Shown: positions 1-10,380 of the stretch, in pieces
Position numbering within the stretch: position 1 is the first letter of the stretch
Layout: each line of letters opens with the position of its first letter
The notes under the pieces: model-generated
The model's database searches: none
What the model saw: the letters and a program-made list of their open reading frames with translations, nothing else
Told to the model about the DNA's origin: nothing
Assembly (NCBI GenBank): GCA_963664405.1
Contig: OY761158.1
Coordinates: 5,344,001 to 5,408,000 of the forward strand
Source: Thermoanaerobaculia bacterium
GTDB lineage: Bacteria; Acidobacteriota; Thermoanaerobaculia; Multivoradales; Multivoraceae
Length of the DNA stretch: 64,000 nt
Reading direction: 5' to 3'
Translations under genes and position numbers: made by a program

Positions 1-802
1 CCAAACAGTCTTCAGGACCGAGGTCGCCGCCCAGCTCGATGACCTCGAGGTCCATCCCCCGCAGCCGCAGCCCCTTGTCTTTGTTCTTGCCGAACAGCAG
101 GGGCTTACCGTGCTCGAGGTAAACCGCGTTCTCGTGGCGGCCCTCCTTGGAGCTGACCGAGGCGAAGGCGTTGTCGTTGAAGATGTTGCAGTTCTGGAGA
201 ATCTCGACGAACGCCGTCCCCTCGTGACTAGCGGCTTGGCGCAGGATCTCTTTGAGGTGGGCCTGAAAAATGTCGACGCTCCGGGCGACGAAGGTGGCGC
301 CGGCGCCGAGAACCAGCCCGAGTGGGTTGAAGGGGTAGTCGACACTGCCCATCGGCGATGAGCTGGTGCGCTTGCCGGTCTCGCTGGTGGGAGAGTACTG
401 CCCCTTGGTGAGACCGTAGATGCGGTTGTTGAACATGAGCACCTTGACTCCGACGTTGCGACGAACCAGATGAATGAGGTGGTTACCGCCGATCGACATC
501 GAGTCGCCGTCGCCGGTTACCACCCAGACCTGGAGGTCCGGACGGGTCATCTTGAGACCGGTCGCGAAGCCCGGCGCCCGCCCGTGAATGGTGTGGAAGC
601 CGTAGGTATTCATGTAATAGGGGAAACGGCTCGAGCAGCCGATACCCGAGATGATGACGAACTTCTCCTTCGGAATGCCCAGCTCAGGGAGCACCGTCTG
701 GACGGCGGAGAGAATTGCGTAGTCTCCACAGCCGGGGCACCATCTGACTTCCTGGTCCGATTGGAAGTCCTTCTTAGTGAGCACAGGGGCTTCAGTTGGC
801 AT
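1..802 (-). CDS. korB: 2-oxoacid:ferredoxin oxidoreductase beta subunit (3' end outside window)
   Basis: Manual translation from ATG at 802: [31 protein letters not shown]...[25 protein letters not shown]...[12 protein letters not shown] (ThDP-binding motif). Overlaps the alpha subunit stop. Substrate specificity not determinable. Confidence 0.9.
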   Translation of the reverse strand, partial: MPTEAPVLTKKDFQSDQEVRWCPGCGDYAILSAVQTVLPELGIPKEKFVIISGIGCSSRFPYYMNTYGFHTIHGRAPGFATGLKMTRPDLQVWVVTGDGDSMSIGGNHLIHLVRRNVGVKVLMFNNRIYGLTKGQYSPTSETGKRTSSSPMGSVDYPFNPLGLVLGAGATFVARSVDIFQAHLKEILRQAASHEGTAFVEILQNCNIFNDNAFASVSSKEGRHENAVYLEHGKPLLFGKNKDKGLRLRGMDLEVIELGGDLGPEDCL

Positions 803-2678
803 TCGTTGTCGACTCCATGATGTCGTTGATCCGCTTGAGAATCTCGTGGCGGAAGAAGGGTTTACCTTGGATCTTGTTCAAGGCGATCGCATCCTTGAGA
901 TAGGCGGCTCGGATGAGCATGGCGAGCTGTCCCAGATTCATCTCGGGTATCAATACCCTCTCGAAACGATCGAGGACGTCGCCGAGATTCTTGGGGAAGG
1001 GGTTGAGGTGACGGAGGTGGGCGCGACTGACGGAGAGGCCCGCCTTACGGGCTTCGTTGACGGCGCCTGTTATCGCGCCGAGAGTACTGCCCCAACCGAG
1101 GACGAGAAGGTCGCCGCCTTCTTCGTCACCGAAGACTTCGAGGTCAGGGATGTCGTTGGCTACCCGAGCCACTTTGTCTGCCCGCAGCCTGACCATGTGC
1201 TCGTGATTGGTCGGATCGTAGGAGACGACGCCGCTGATGTCTTCTTTCTCGAGACCGCCGATGCGATGTTCGAGCCCGGGTGTGCCAGGAATCGCCCACG
1301 GCCGCGCCAGCGTTTCGCTGTCGCGGGCATAGGGAGTGAAGCCCTCGGGATCGGTGCGGAAGTCGACGCGTAGATCAGGAAGGTCTTCGACTCGCGGAAG
1401 TCGCCAAGGCTCAGAACCGCTAGCAATGTAGCCGTCCGACAGAAGCATCACCGGCACCATGTACTTGAGTGAGATGCGCGCCGCTTCGAGGGCGGTATGG
1501 AAACAGTCGGCCGGTGACGAGGCCGCGACGACCGGCAGCGGTGACTCGCCGTTGCGGCCGAAGAGCGCCTGTAGGAGGTCCGCCTGTTCTGTCTTGGTGG
1601 GCAGGCCGGTCGAAGGCCCGCCGCGCTGAATGCTGCAGATGATCAACGGTAGCTCGACCGAGATGGCCAGTCCGATTGCCTCTGCCTTGAGAGCGATCCC
1701 CGGTCCGCTCGAGGCGGTTACGCCCAGCGCTCCGCCGAAGGAGGCTCCGATCGCAGCGCATACCGCAGCGATCTCGTCTTCGGCTTGAAGGGCCGTGACT
1801 CCGAACTGTTTGTAAGTCGCGAGCTCGTGGAGGACGTCGCTGGCCGGAGTGATCGGGTAGGCGCCGATAAAGAGTGGCAGACCGCTTCGCCGGCTCGCCG
1901 CCACCAGCCCCAGCGAGAGTGCCGAGTTGCCGTGGATGTTGCGGTAGATCCCGGCCTCGAGCGCCGCCGGAAGAACTTCGTAGCGTTCCTGGAAGATCTG
2001 AGTGATATCGCAGAAATTCCAGCCTGCCTTGAGCGCCTTCTTGTTCGCTTCGGCGATCTCGGGGCGTTTTGCGAATTTCTCTTCGAGCCACTTGACAGTG
2101 GCTTCCATCGGGCGGCTATAGAGCCAATAGACCATGCCTAGCGCGAACAGATTTTTTGAGCGATCCTGGGTCTTCTTGTCTAGACCCATACCGTCGAGAG
2201 CGCGACGAGTCATCGTCGTGATCGCGGCCTCGTAGACTCGGTAGCCGTCAAGACTCTTGTTCTCGAGCGGGTTTTCGGTGTAGCTCGCCTTCTTGAAGTT
2301 GCGCTCGTTGAACTCATCGGTGTTGACGATGACAATCCCGTGACTCTTGAGGTCACCGAGGTTTGTCTTCAACGCCGCGGGATTCATGGCGATCAGCGCA
2401 TCCGGGGCATCGCCGGGGGTGTGGATCTCGTGGTCGGCGATTCTCACCTGGAAGGCAGACACCCCTGGGAGGGTACCGGCCGGAGCACGAATCTCGGCCG
2501 GGAAGTCCGGGAGTGTGGAGAGGTCGTTCCCCAACAGGGCCGATGTGTTGGTGAACTGCGTGCCAGTAAGCTGCATTCCGTCGCCGGAGTCGCCGGCAAA
2601 ACGGATAACGACCTCTGACAGGGTCTGCTCTTCCGGCTGACGCTTGGTTTTCTCTTCACTAGTGGCTGGCGCAGTCAT
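792..2678 (-). CDS. korA: 2-oxoacid:acceptor oxidoreductase alpha subunit (gamma-alpha fusion type)
   Basis: [43 protein letters not shown] motifs; ATG at 2678 preceded by AAAGGA. Confidence 0.9.
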   Translation of the reverse strand: MTAPATSEEKTKRQPEEQTLSEVVIRFAGDSGDGMQLTGTQFTNTSALLGNDLSTLPDFPAEIRAPAGTLPGVSAFQVRIADHEIHTPGDAPDALIAMNPAALKTNLGDLKSHGIVIVNTDEFNERNFKKASYTENPLENKSLDGYRVYEAAITTMTRRALDGMGLDKKTQDRSKNLFALGMVYWLYSRPMEATVKWLEEKFAKRPEIAEANKKALKAGWNFCDITQIFQERYEVLPAALEAGIYRNIHGNSALSLGLVAASRRSGLPLFIGAYPITPASDVLHELATYKQFGVTALQAEDEIAAVCAAIGASFGGALGVTASSGPGIALKAEAIGLAISVELPLIICSIQRGGPSTGLPTKTEQADLLQALFGRNGESPLPVVAASSPADCFHTALEAARISLKYMVPVMLLSDGYIASGSEPWRLPRVEDLPDLRVDFRTDPEGFTPYARDSETLARPWAIPGTPGLEHRIGGLEKEDISGVVSYDPTNHEHMVRLRADKVARVANDIPDLEVFGDEEGGDLLVLGWGSTLGAITGAVNEARKAGLSVSRAHLRHLNPFPKNLGDVLDRFERVLIPEMNLGQLAMLIRAAYLKDAIALNKIQGKPFFRHEILKRINDIMESTTNAN

Positions 2679-2955
2679 ATCCTTTGTCTCTACATGAAAA
2701 AACCTAGCTGAGTAGCTAGGTTCCGCTGGGTGCATCTTAGATCGGTTGGTCGGAGCTACTTGGACTCCATGGCCGGGAAGTGCCCTTCCTCAACGCGGAG
2801 CGAAGTTTAGCAGTTTCGTTTGGGCGACGCTACGAAAGCTAGATGAAAAGAGGATTGCTACACTGGCTCCCTCCGCTGGGAGCCTGCGCGAGAGGGTCAT
2901 GTCGAACGAAAGGACTCAACCGCCTGTACGCTTCTTCGTACTTGTTTAGGGAGAA

Positions 2956-4986
2956 GTGATGATCGACCGCTTAAGCTCGACTGCGGCCTCTGCCGCTGGC
3001 CGCCCGCCTGAGCCCCCACCCGGAGGCCCACGTGGCAGTCGACGATGGGTGAAGGTCCTCCCCTTTCTGGCGGTTGCGGCTGTTGTGGTCGGCGTCGGCT
3101 GCTTGGCCCTGGCGGCCGGGCTCGGTTTGGATGGCACCTTGGTGCTTTCGGCGTTGTTCGCCCTCGGCTCTTTGGCGCTCTGGGGGAGCTACCGCCTGCT
3201 CCGTGTCGTGCTCTGGAGCGTCGGCCGCAGACTCGCTTTCACCTATCTCCTCATTGGCGTCTTGCCGATTCCGATGGCAGTAGTTCTCGTAGGGGTGGGG
3301 CTCTATTTGTCGGGAGGATTCTTCTTGGGCCATCTCTTTCGCGATGCCAATGCGGTGGTCTATGAGCAAGTTCGAACTGCCGCGGAGACCCGGCTCGAGC
3401 AGCCGCGCTCGGTCTCGATGGCTCCTTCTGCCGGACTGGAGGTCGCCGTTGCGTATTACCTGGAGGGTCGCCGAGTGGGGGGAGATGCGAGGGCGCCTAT
3501 TCAGTGGCCGAGCTGGCTGGAGAGAGAGGTGCTGCAGAGTGAGGAGGGCATCGATCGGAGGGACCGGACACCGCCCCTTGTCGCGCTGCCCGACGGCGAT
3601 CTGACAGTGGCGACCGCGAAGTCAAGAGGATCTGTCGGGGTCGTCGCCTTCTTCGACGGTCATCTGGAGACTCGCCTGCGGGAGCTGAGCCAGGTGTGGA
3701 TCGACTTCGGTGCCGAGCAGGAGGAGCAGGCGAAAAACAGCATGGATGTCAACATTCTGGGCGAGCGCTTCGTTCTTCAGCCGCTCTCGCGCCAGCGCGC
3801 CGAGGACGATCGCCGCCAGTTCCTCAGCCGCGGTGGCGCCGAGCCGGCGTTCTGGGTTTACGGTTTCGATGTCGCGGGAGAGAGCCTCTCCCTGGCGACC
3901 GGAGAGCTCGAGAGCGCGAACCTCCCGGTCTCACTGGTAGGCACACCCCGTCTTGTTCTCGGCCAACTTTTCTCGAGCTCGAGGGAGGTCGACACTCTCG
4001 CGTGGGTCACTTTCGTCATCCCGGCCTTCTTGCTCTTTGACATCTTCGTCGTGGCCTGGGTGATGGCCGTTTTCATGGTCTTTGGGCTCAGCCGTGCGGT
4101 CAACCGTCTGAGCGCCGCCACCAACGCGCTGCAGCTCGGAGATTTCAGCGTGCGGATTCCAGTGCGCCGGCGTGATCAGATCGGTTCGCTTCACGCCTCC
4201 TTCAATGAGATGGCGGCCAGCCTGGAAGATCTGATTGCCACCAAGACTCAGAAGGAGTCGCTGGAAAAAGAGCTCGAGATCGCTCGTGAGCTTCAAGAGA
4301 GCCTGATGCCGAACGAGATCGTTCAGGGAAAAGACGTGGAGTTCGCCACCCATTTCGAGCCGAGTGCTGCGATCGGCGGTGACTACTTCGACATCTTGCG
4401 CCTCGACCAGCGGCGGATGGCCGTGGTCATTGCCGATGTGTCGGGACATGGTCTTTCGGCCGGATTGCGCATGGCAATGGTCAAGGCAGCTCTGGGTATC
4501 CTGGTGGAAGAAGAGCGGGAGCCACAGATCATTCTCGAGAGACTGGACCGAGTCGTGCGCTCGAGCAAGAAAGGCCCAAGCTTCGTGACCGCGACCTTAG
4601 CGTTGCTTGATCTGGTGGATGGCCGGATCGAGTTGGTCAACGCCGGCCACCCTCCCACCTACATCCTTCGCGACGGTGAGGTGAATGAAGTGATGCTTCC
4701 CGGGGCGCCCCTCGGGGCGTTGGGTGACGACTACGGCCGGGCCACGATTGAGCTTCAGCCGGGCGATTCAGTCGTATGGCTCTCCGACGGCTTCATCGAA
4801 GCGGCGAATCCAAGCGGCGAGCTCTTCGGCTACGAGCGCACAGTCGAGTGCCTGAGAGGAAACGGCCGCAACGCTACGATGGTCCGCGACCGTCTCCTAG
4901 ATGAGGTATCTCTCTACACCGAAGGCTGCCCTCCCGAGGACGACCGAACCCTGGTGGTCATGAGCTTCCGACCAAGAGAGCCGTAG
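2956..4986 (+). CDS. Membrane HAMP + PP2C/SpoIIE (RsbU-like) serine phosphatase
   Basis: N-terminal TM helices, HAMP (RRDQIGSLHASFNEMA), ELEIARELQESL, GGDYFD, IADVSGHG, NAGHPP, SDGFIEA, DDRT. Confidence 0.88.
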   Translation: MMIDRLSSTAASAAGRPPEPPPGGPRGSRRWVKVLPFLAVAAVVVGVGCLALAAGLGLDGTLVLSALFALGSLALWGSYRLLRVVLWSVGRRLAFTYLLIGVLPIPMAVVLVGVGLYLSGGFFLGHLFRDANAVVYEQVRTAAETRLEQPRSVSMAPSAGLEVAVAYYLEGRRVGGDARAPIQWPSWLEREVLQSEEGIDRRDRTPPLVALPDGDLTVATAKSRGSVGVVAFFDGHLETRLRELSQVWIDFGAEQEEQAKNSMDVNILGERFVLQPLSRQRAEDDRRQFLSRGGAEPAFWVYGFDVAGESLSLATGELESANLPVSLVGTPRLVLGQLFSSSREVDTLAWVTFVIPAFLLFDIFVVAWVMAVFMVFGLSRAVNRLSAATNALQLGDFSVRIPVRRRDQIGSLHASFNEMAASLEDLIATKTQKESLEKELEIARELQESLMPNEIVQGKDVEFATHFEPSAAIGGDYFDILRLDQRRMAVVIADVSGHGLSAGLRMAMVKAALGILVEEEREPQIILERLDRVVRSSKKGPSFVTATLALLDLVDGRIELVNAGHPPTYILRDGEVNEVMLPGAPLGALGDDYGRATIELQPGDSVVWLSDGFIEAANPSGELFGYERTVECLRGNGRNATMVRDRLLDEVSLYTEGCPPEDDRTLVVMSFRPREP

Positions 4987-5000
4987 CGAGTGAGACTGAC

Positions 5001-5699
5001 TCAGACGTCGCCTTCTATGCCCAGCTCGCCATAGATGCGGCGGAGGTACTCACGAGTCTCTCGGTACGGCGGAACCCCCTGGTAGCGTTGCACCGTTCCT
5101 TCTCCGCTGTTGTAGGCCGCAAGCACGCTCGGCAGATCGTTGTCGAAGTGATCCGCCAGCCAGCGAATGTAGCGTGCGCCGGCTTCTAGATTGTGGCTGG
5201 GATCGGAGATCTGCAACGGGTCCAGGCCAAAACGCTCGGCAGTCGCAGGCATCAACTGCAGCAGCCCTCGAGCCCCCCTCGGTGAGACGGCTTCAGGATC
5301 GAACCCCGATTCCCATCGCACCATCGCGGTCACCAGCCTGGGGTTCAGATTCTGGCTGCGCGCGACGTTATGGATCAGGTTGCCGAAGGGGGCTTGCGGA
5401 ATCGGATGAATTTCGTCGAAGCCGATCTCGAACCCCCTGTGCTCCGGCAAGGCTTCCGACTCCGGCACGATCTCGTCGTCGAGGATACGCTCCACTCGCG
5501 AGAGTGGGAGACTGATTCGGCCGCCTGAATCCAGCTCCAGGTGAATCGTCCGTTCCCCTAGAAGGTAGCTCTGAACCTTCATCACGTCTCCTCCGCCCAG
5601 GATCACCAGCTCCGCATGGAGGGCGAGAGTGCAGAAGGCGCAGGCCCACAGGGCCAGGGAGAAGAAGGCTTTCATTAGAACAGAGGGTCTTGGTTGCAC
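5001..5699 (-). CDS. Lytic transglycosylase (SLT domain) with signal peptide
   Basis: WESGFDPEAVSPRGARGLLQLMPATA, AAYNSGEG, PPYRETREY; start may be ATG 5675. Confidence 0.9.
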   Translation of the reverse strand: MQPRPSVLMKAFFSLALWACAFCTLALHAELVILGGGDVMKVQSYLLGERTIHLELDSGGRISLPLSRVERILDDEIVPESEALPEHRGFEIGFDEIHPIPQAPFGNLIHNVARSQNLNPRLVTAMVRWESGFDPEAVSPRGARGLLQLMPATAERFGLDPLQISDPSHNLEAGARYIRWLADHFDNDLPSVLAAYNSGEGTVQRYQGVPPYRETREYLRRIYGELGIEGDV

Positions 5700-5886
5700 G
5701 GTGTCTCGGAGTTTCTTGTCTACGAGTAGACTCAGATCCTACCGGATGGCTCGAGAAAGTAGATTGGAAAGGGGGAGAGGGCGACAAGGGCTCGCAGCGC
5801 CTTCGCTCTGCGGGGACATAAGCAAGGGCGGTGCCTGGCGCCGTTTTCCGCCTGTTCCGGGTCTCAGCCCGCTGTCTAACAGACTG

Positions 5887-5915
5887 ATTATAGAACATTT
5901 AGGGTACAGGAGGAA
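5887..5915 (-). promoter_or_regulatory. Putative sigma70 promoter for the SLT gene
   Basis: Minus strand TTCCTC-N17-TATAAT; perfect -10 in a locally AT-rich patch, weak -35. Confidence 0.4.
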
Positions 5916-6019
5916 TTTGAGCGAGTTTTCCGTGAGTCTCGCGAGGCGGCCGAAGAAGGGGGCTGGTCTCGTCGGCCGCGCCGATTGGACGCGTTCACCG
6001 GTGCCGGATTGGCGCTTTT

Positions 6020-6940
6020 TCAGGAGCGCGGGTGGTATTGGTCGTAGAGGCTCTTGAGGCGTTCTTCGTGGATATGGGTGTAGATCTGGGTCGTCGAGAT
6101 GTCGGCGTGGCCCAGCATCGCTTGGACACTGCGAAGGTCGGCGCCGTGAGCAAGGAGGTGGGTCGCGAAACTGTGTCGTAGGACGTGGGGGGAGACCTCG
6201 TCGAGGCCCGCGCTCTTCGCCTGCGCTTTCAGGATCTTCCAGAAGCCCTGGCGGGTGAGGCCGCTGCCCCTTGCGTTGACGAATACGAAGTCGTGCCGGG
6301 TGTGAACCAAGGTGGGCCGTGCCTCGGCCAGATAGAGCAGGGTCCATCGCTCAGCTTCTTCGCCAACCGGCACCACGCGCTCGCGACTACCCTTGCCGAA
6401 AGCGACCAGGAAGCCGTCGTCGAGGCGAAGCTGAGGGATGGTGAGGCCAACCAGCTCCGCGACTCGCAGGCCGGTTGCGTACATCAGCTCGATCATGCTC
6501 TTGTCGCGAAGGCCGAGAGCCTTGGACAGATCGGGGCTCGCCAGTAGTCGCTGTACTTCTTCCTCGCTGAGCACACGAGGAAGTCGGTGGGTCTTACGCG
6601 GGAAGAGAATGTTGAGGGTCGGGTCATCGGTTCGCTCGCCGTCGGAGATGAGGTATTGGTAGAAACGGCGAATCGACGAGAGTGCGCGGCCGATGCTCCG
6701 CGCTGCGAGACCGCTACGTCGAAGGCTCTGGAGATGGGCGCTAAGGGCCTTGGCATCGGCCGTGAGTGGGTCGCCTTTCTTCGTCTCCTCGAGAAAAGCT
6801 CCGAAACGCCCGAGGTCACGCCGGTAGGCAGCGACTGTATGCGGCGATAGGCCTCTCTCGATCGCGAGAGACTCGAGGTAGCGGTCGAGAGCTCGGCGCC
6901 AGGCGGCGTGCCTGGAAACAGGGGGAGGGTCTTTGGTCAT
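6020..6940 (-). CDS. xerD: Site-specific tyrosine recombinase XerD
   Basis: LMYATGLRVAEL, GKGSRERVVP, SPHVLRHSFATHLL, LGHADISTTQIYTH, YDQYHPRS. Confidence 0.9.
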   Translation of the reverse strand: MTKDPPPVSRHAAWRRALDRYLESLAIERGLSPHTVAAYRRDLGRFGAFLEETKKGDPLTADAKALSAHLQSLRRSGLAARSIGRALSSIRRFYQYLISDGERTDDPTLNILFPRKTHRLPRVLSEEEVQRLLASPDLSKALGLRDKSMIELMYATGLRVAELVGLTIPQLRLDDGFLVAFGKGSRERVVPVGEEAERWTLLYLAEARPTLVHTRHDFVFVNARGSGLTRQGFWKILKAQAKSAGLDEVSPHVLRHSFATHLLAHGADLRSVQAMLGHADISTTQIYTHIHEERLKSLYDQYHPRS

Positions 6941-7665
6941 CCGGGGACCGGGGCTCCCTGGCCGATCGCCAAGCCCTTGGTTGGCGCAAGATCGAAGACC
7001 ATCGGCATTTCAGGGCAGACCCAGGCGGAGTGTAGCTGCGGCCAGCTGTCGAGCCCGAGCTGCTTTTCGAGGAGCAGGGTAGTCCTTACTGTGGCCTGAA
7101 CCGGGCAGATCTCGGCCCTGGGCTGCTCTGTTTCGATACGTTTGAGCTTGCCGCCTTTGAGGATATAGCCCCGGTTGCGAAGACGAATGTATTCGACAGT
7201 TCTCGCCCAGGATGCGAAGTGCGGCCCAGGGCCGGCCGCCTGAGCTCCGGCGGTTGCGGTCACTCTCAGCTCGGAACCGGCTCTTACCGACCACCGCCAC
7301 CACGGCACTTCCTGTGCGGCCGAGTCGAAACGAAAGCGCGCTGCTCGCACCGGCTGCCCCAACAGGCGCGCCCCGAACGCCACCCAGGCGGGCGCCAGCA
7401 TGCTGAGAAATAGAACCGAAGGCTCGTTGTCCTGATCGAGAACGTAGACCCGCAGATTGAGCTGCGGAAAGCTCGCTCGGAGCCGCGGAAAGGACGGGGA
7501 GTGGACTGCCTGATGATTGAAGAGGAGGGCGGATACGAAGACATAGTCTTCGTGCTCATCGGTATGAGTCTGGTAGCGAAGTGTTTGGGGGGCCGGGGAG
7601 AGGCATTGGACCGGAAGGGCCCAGTTGAGGTAGAGGCACTCCCGAAGCCGAGACCGGAGCTTCAT
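6937..7665 (-). CDS. DUF2071/YqjF-like protein
   Basis: CLYLNWALP...FPQLNLRVYV...PSVLFLS resembles DUF2071; ATGA-coupled to xerD. Confidence 0.55.
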   Translation of the reverse strand: MKLRSRLRECLYLNWALPVQCLSPAPQTLRYQTHTDEHEDYVFVSALLFNHQAVHSPSFPRLRASFPQLNLRVYVLDQDNEPSVLFLSMLAPAWVAFGARLLGQPVRAARFRFDSAAQEVPWWRWSVRAGSELRVTATAGAQAAGPGPHFASWARTVEYIRLRNRGYILKGGKLKRIETEQPRAEICPVQATVRTTLLLEKQLGLDSWPQLHSAWVCPEMPMVFDLAPTKGLAIGQGAPVPG

Positions 7666-7689
7666 CGGAGGCTGAGCGCGGCGGCGGGA

Positions 7690-8190
7690 TCACTCATCGG
7701 AGCTCCGGGTATCGAGGCGGGCTTGCAGCTTTTTCCAGATGATGTCCGGTAGTAAGGAGGAAAGATCGCCACCCAGGCCGCAGACCTCTTTGATCAACCG
7801 ACTGGAGACATAGGTGAGGTCAGCCTTCGGCATCATGAAAACGGTCTCGACTTTGGGGTTGAGCTTGCGGTTCATGAGCGCCATCTGAAACTCGACCTCG
7901 AAGTCGCTGACAGCGCGAAGGCCTCGGACGACGGCTTTGGCGCCTACCTCGTCCATGAAGTCGACCAGCAGCCCAGAGAAGCTGTCTACTTGGCAATCCT
8001 CGTGCTCACAAAGTAGCTCCCGGATCATCTCGACTCGCTCGGCGACGGTGAACAGAGACTTTTTCCCCTCGTTCTCCAGGACAGCTACGTGTAGCTCGTC
8101 GAAGAGAGGCCGTGACCTCTGGATGAGATCCAGGTGTCCGTGGTGGATCGGGTCGAACGACCCTGGGTAGACAGCGATTCTCTTTTTCAT
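7690..8190 (-). CDS. coaD: Pantetheine-phosphate adenylyltransferase
   Basis: YPGSFDPIHHGHLDL, RGLRAVSDFE, YVSSRLIKEV. Confidence 0.95.
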   Translation of the reverse strand: MKKRIAVYPGSFDPIHHGHLDLIQRSRPLFDELHVAVLENEGKKSLFTVAERVEMIRELLCEHEDCQVDSFSGLLVDFMDEVGAKAVVRGLRAVSDFEVEFQMALMNRKLNPKVETVFMMPKADLTYVSSRLIKEVCGLGGDLSSLLPDIIWKKLQARLDTRSSDE

Positions 8191-10370
8191 GGCAGATGCT
8201 CACTGAGATCGTAGGTGACAATGTTGAAGGAGGAGTCAGTCAGTCGCACCAGCAAAAGGCTCGTGTCTTGGTCGACATCGATCAGCAGGGCTTCGTTGTG
8301 GGCGTCGAGTAGATCGTCTGCGACCGTGGCCTCTTCCCAGGGACCCGCATTGACGCTCACCACGGTCTCGCGCAGGATGCTGTGGACGTCTTCAACCGCG
8401 ACCCGGAGCCGCCCGGGTCCGGCGGCGCCGACCGAGCCGAGAGCAGGAGGGCTGTGATCGATGATCACCAATTCGCTCACTTTCGATGTATCCAGCTGAT
8501 TGCGCTCGAGATTACTGGGTGCGTCGCTAGCCGTGATCCGAAAGCGATACTCACCATCCGGAAGAACCGTGGAATCGAAGCTGTAGTGGTCCTCTTCGAG
8601 ATCGTCAGCCATGGTCAACCAACCGTCGGCATCGTCTTCGCGCCGAAACGAGAGCGCATAGGTGAGCTGGTCTTTGTTGGGGTCTGAGGCTTTCCAGCGC
8701 AGGGTTCGGTAACCGCGCTTCCACAGCGCCTTGAGGCTTCGCCCTTCTCGCGCCGGTCCGGCTCCAAGGGCGCTGAAGATGCCGTCTCGGTTGGGGTGGG
8801 CGGGCTCGAAGATCTGGCTGCTCGGATTGAAGTTGTTCGGGACCAGGATCTGGCCCGGGCCCAGCGTCTCGAGTTGCTCGATTCGTGGCTTTTGGTTTGA
8901 TTGCAGGTAAGAGATCTCTACACCGTGTATCTCGGGTGTTCGATCCTCGCTGCCGAGGAGCTCGACGCGCCACTGCAAGTATCGGCTCGGCTCGAGGTCG
9001 CGGAGCGAGATCTCTTTGCCTTCAGTGGGGTCGGTCCAGTCTGTCCATGTGTTGTCGGGAGTCGCGCTCAGGCCGCCACGAAAAGAGAATCGTGCCCGGG
9101 TGCCGTCAGGTGTCTTACCGCGCCAGCGGAGTGTGCCGAACGTCGAAGTCTGGAGGGCGTCCGCCACCGCGCTGGTCAGAGCTCCTTTGGTTTCCGTCCC
9201 GCTCTCGAAACGATAGAGCGCGGCGGCATTGGTGGTGGCGAACGCGGGTCCCGCCGACCCGGGCACAAGGTCGATGATCTGGCTCTCGTCGAGATCCTTC
9301 TCCAGCACCATCAGCTCGTTTTGGTAACTGTAGAGCTTGCCGTCGAGGCCGGTACCGACCCAGAGCCGCTCGTCTTCCCACAGGAGTCCGAATATTGTCT
9401 CCTCCTTGAACTTCCACACCGACACTACTCCGGTGTCAGGGCTCCAGTGAAAGAGCTCGCTGCGAGCGCCGCTGAAGCTTGGAGGGCGGCTTCCCACCGC
9501 GGGAGCCTTGGACGACGCCTCGACCTCGACTTCGCTTCCGTTCTTGTCGCTCTCTTCCTTGTCTTCTCCTCCGTTCCCGCTCTTCTGCTGAGCCTTGCCG
9601 CTGGGGTTGAGGTCGACGAAGCTGGCTTCCGACGCCAACGCCGCAAACCATGCTCCGCCCTTGGGGTCGCTCGCGAATGCGACGATCTCGGGAGCCGCGG
9701 CATCGTAGAGGGTTCGGGCCCTCCCGTCTTCAGCGATGTGTAGGACCAGGCCCTCGCCGGCGGTACCCACCAAGGCGCCACCCTCCTCGAGCCTTGTCAT
9801 CGATCGCAGATGGATGTCATTACTGTCGTAGAGGAGCTCGCCGGTACCGTCGGGGCTCACTCGAAAGAGCTTGCCTTCGGTGCCGGTGGCCACCAGCAGG
9901 CCGTCGTTGCCATCGCCTACGAGATCCCATATGTAAGTCTGCTCCGGGCTGAAGATTTTCTCCGTTTCTCCACCAGAATGTCGATAGACGCTGCCCTGAG
10001 GAGAGCTGCCGGCGTAGATTGTGCCCTCGGAGTCGGCCCAGATGGCGAAGATCTCGGGCTCATCCGCTTCGAAGAGTAGCTCGACCTCGCCGTCACGGTG
10101 GATCTTGAGCACTTTGCCCGCGTTCCCTGTGCCGACCACCCAGCCGTCAGGGAGCTCGCTCGCGGCCAGCAGGAAGGGCTCCTCGATGGTTGCCACTCGT
10201 GCGGTCCGGTCGGCCAGTCGAAGCACCCCGAGCGGGTCCACCGAGAGCGATTCGAGCTCACCTTCGAGAAATGCAGATTGGCTCTGGGTCAGGAAGATCT
10301 TCACCTCCGTGGCTCGTAGCCCAGGGGCCAGAGAGAGAGCGGCAACGATGAGACAACCCACTGATTTCAT
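8187..10370 (-). CDS. Secreted beta-propeller protein with C-terminal FN3-like beta-sandwich domains
   Basis: Signal peptide; repeated (V/A)GTGxxGKL(F/Y) blades; C-terminal LPDGEYRFRITASD...IIDHSPP. Confidence 0.7.
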   Translation of the reverse strand: MKSVGCLIVAALSLAPGLRATEVKIFLTQSQSAFLEGELESLSVDPLGVLRLADRTARVATIEEPFLLAASELPDGWVVGTGNAGKVLKIHRDGEVELLFEADEPEIFAIWADSEGTIYAGSSPQGSVYRHSGGETEKIFSPEQTYIWDLVGDGNDGLLVATGTEGKLFRVSPDGTGELLYDSNDIHLRSMTRLEEGGALVGTAGEGLVLHIAEDGRARTLYDAAAPEIVAFASDPKGGAWFAALASEASFVDLNPSGKAQQKSGNGGEDKEESDKNGSEVEVEASSKAPAVGSRPPSFSGARSELFHWSPDTGVVSVWKFKEETIFGLLWEDERLWVGTGLDGKLYSYQNELMVLEKDLDESQIIDLVPGSAGPAFATTNAAALYRFESGTETKGALTSAVADALQTSTFGTLRWRGKTPDGTRARFSFRGGLSATPDNTWTDWTDPTEGKEISLRDLEPSRYLQWRVELLGSEDRTPEIHGVEISYLQSNQKPRIEQLETLGPGQILVPNNFNPSSQIFEPAHPNRDGIFSALGAGPAREGRSLKALWKRGYRTLRWKASDPNKDQLTYALSFRREDDADGWLTMADDLEEDHYSFDSTVLPDGEYRFRITASDAPSNLERNQLDTSKVSELVIIDHSPPALGSVGAAGPGRLRVAVEDVHSILRETVVSVNAGPWEEATVADDLLDAHNEALLIDVDQDTSLLLVRLTDSSFNIVTYDLSEHLP

Positions 10371-10380
10371 GGCTTGGCTC

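Noticed and set aside
6020-6940. Tyrosine recombinase as a prophage or island integrase or integron IntI
   Set aside because: Length, motifs and housekeeping context match chromosomal XerD; no IntI insertion and no phage genes.
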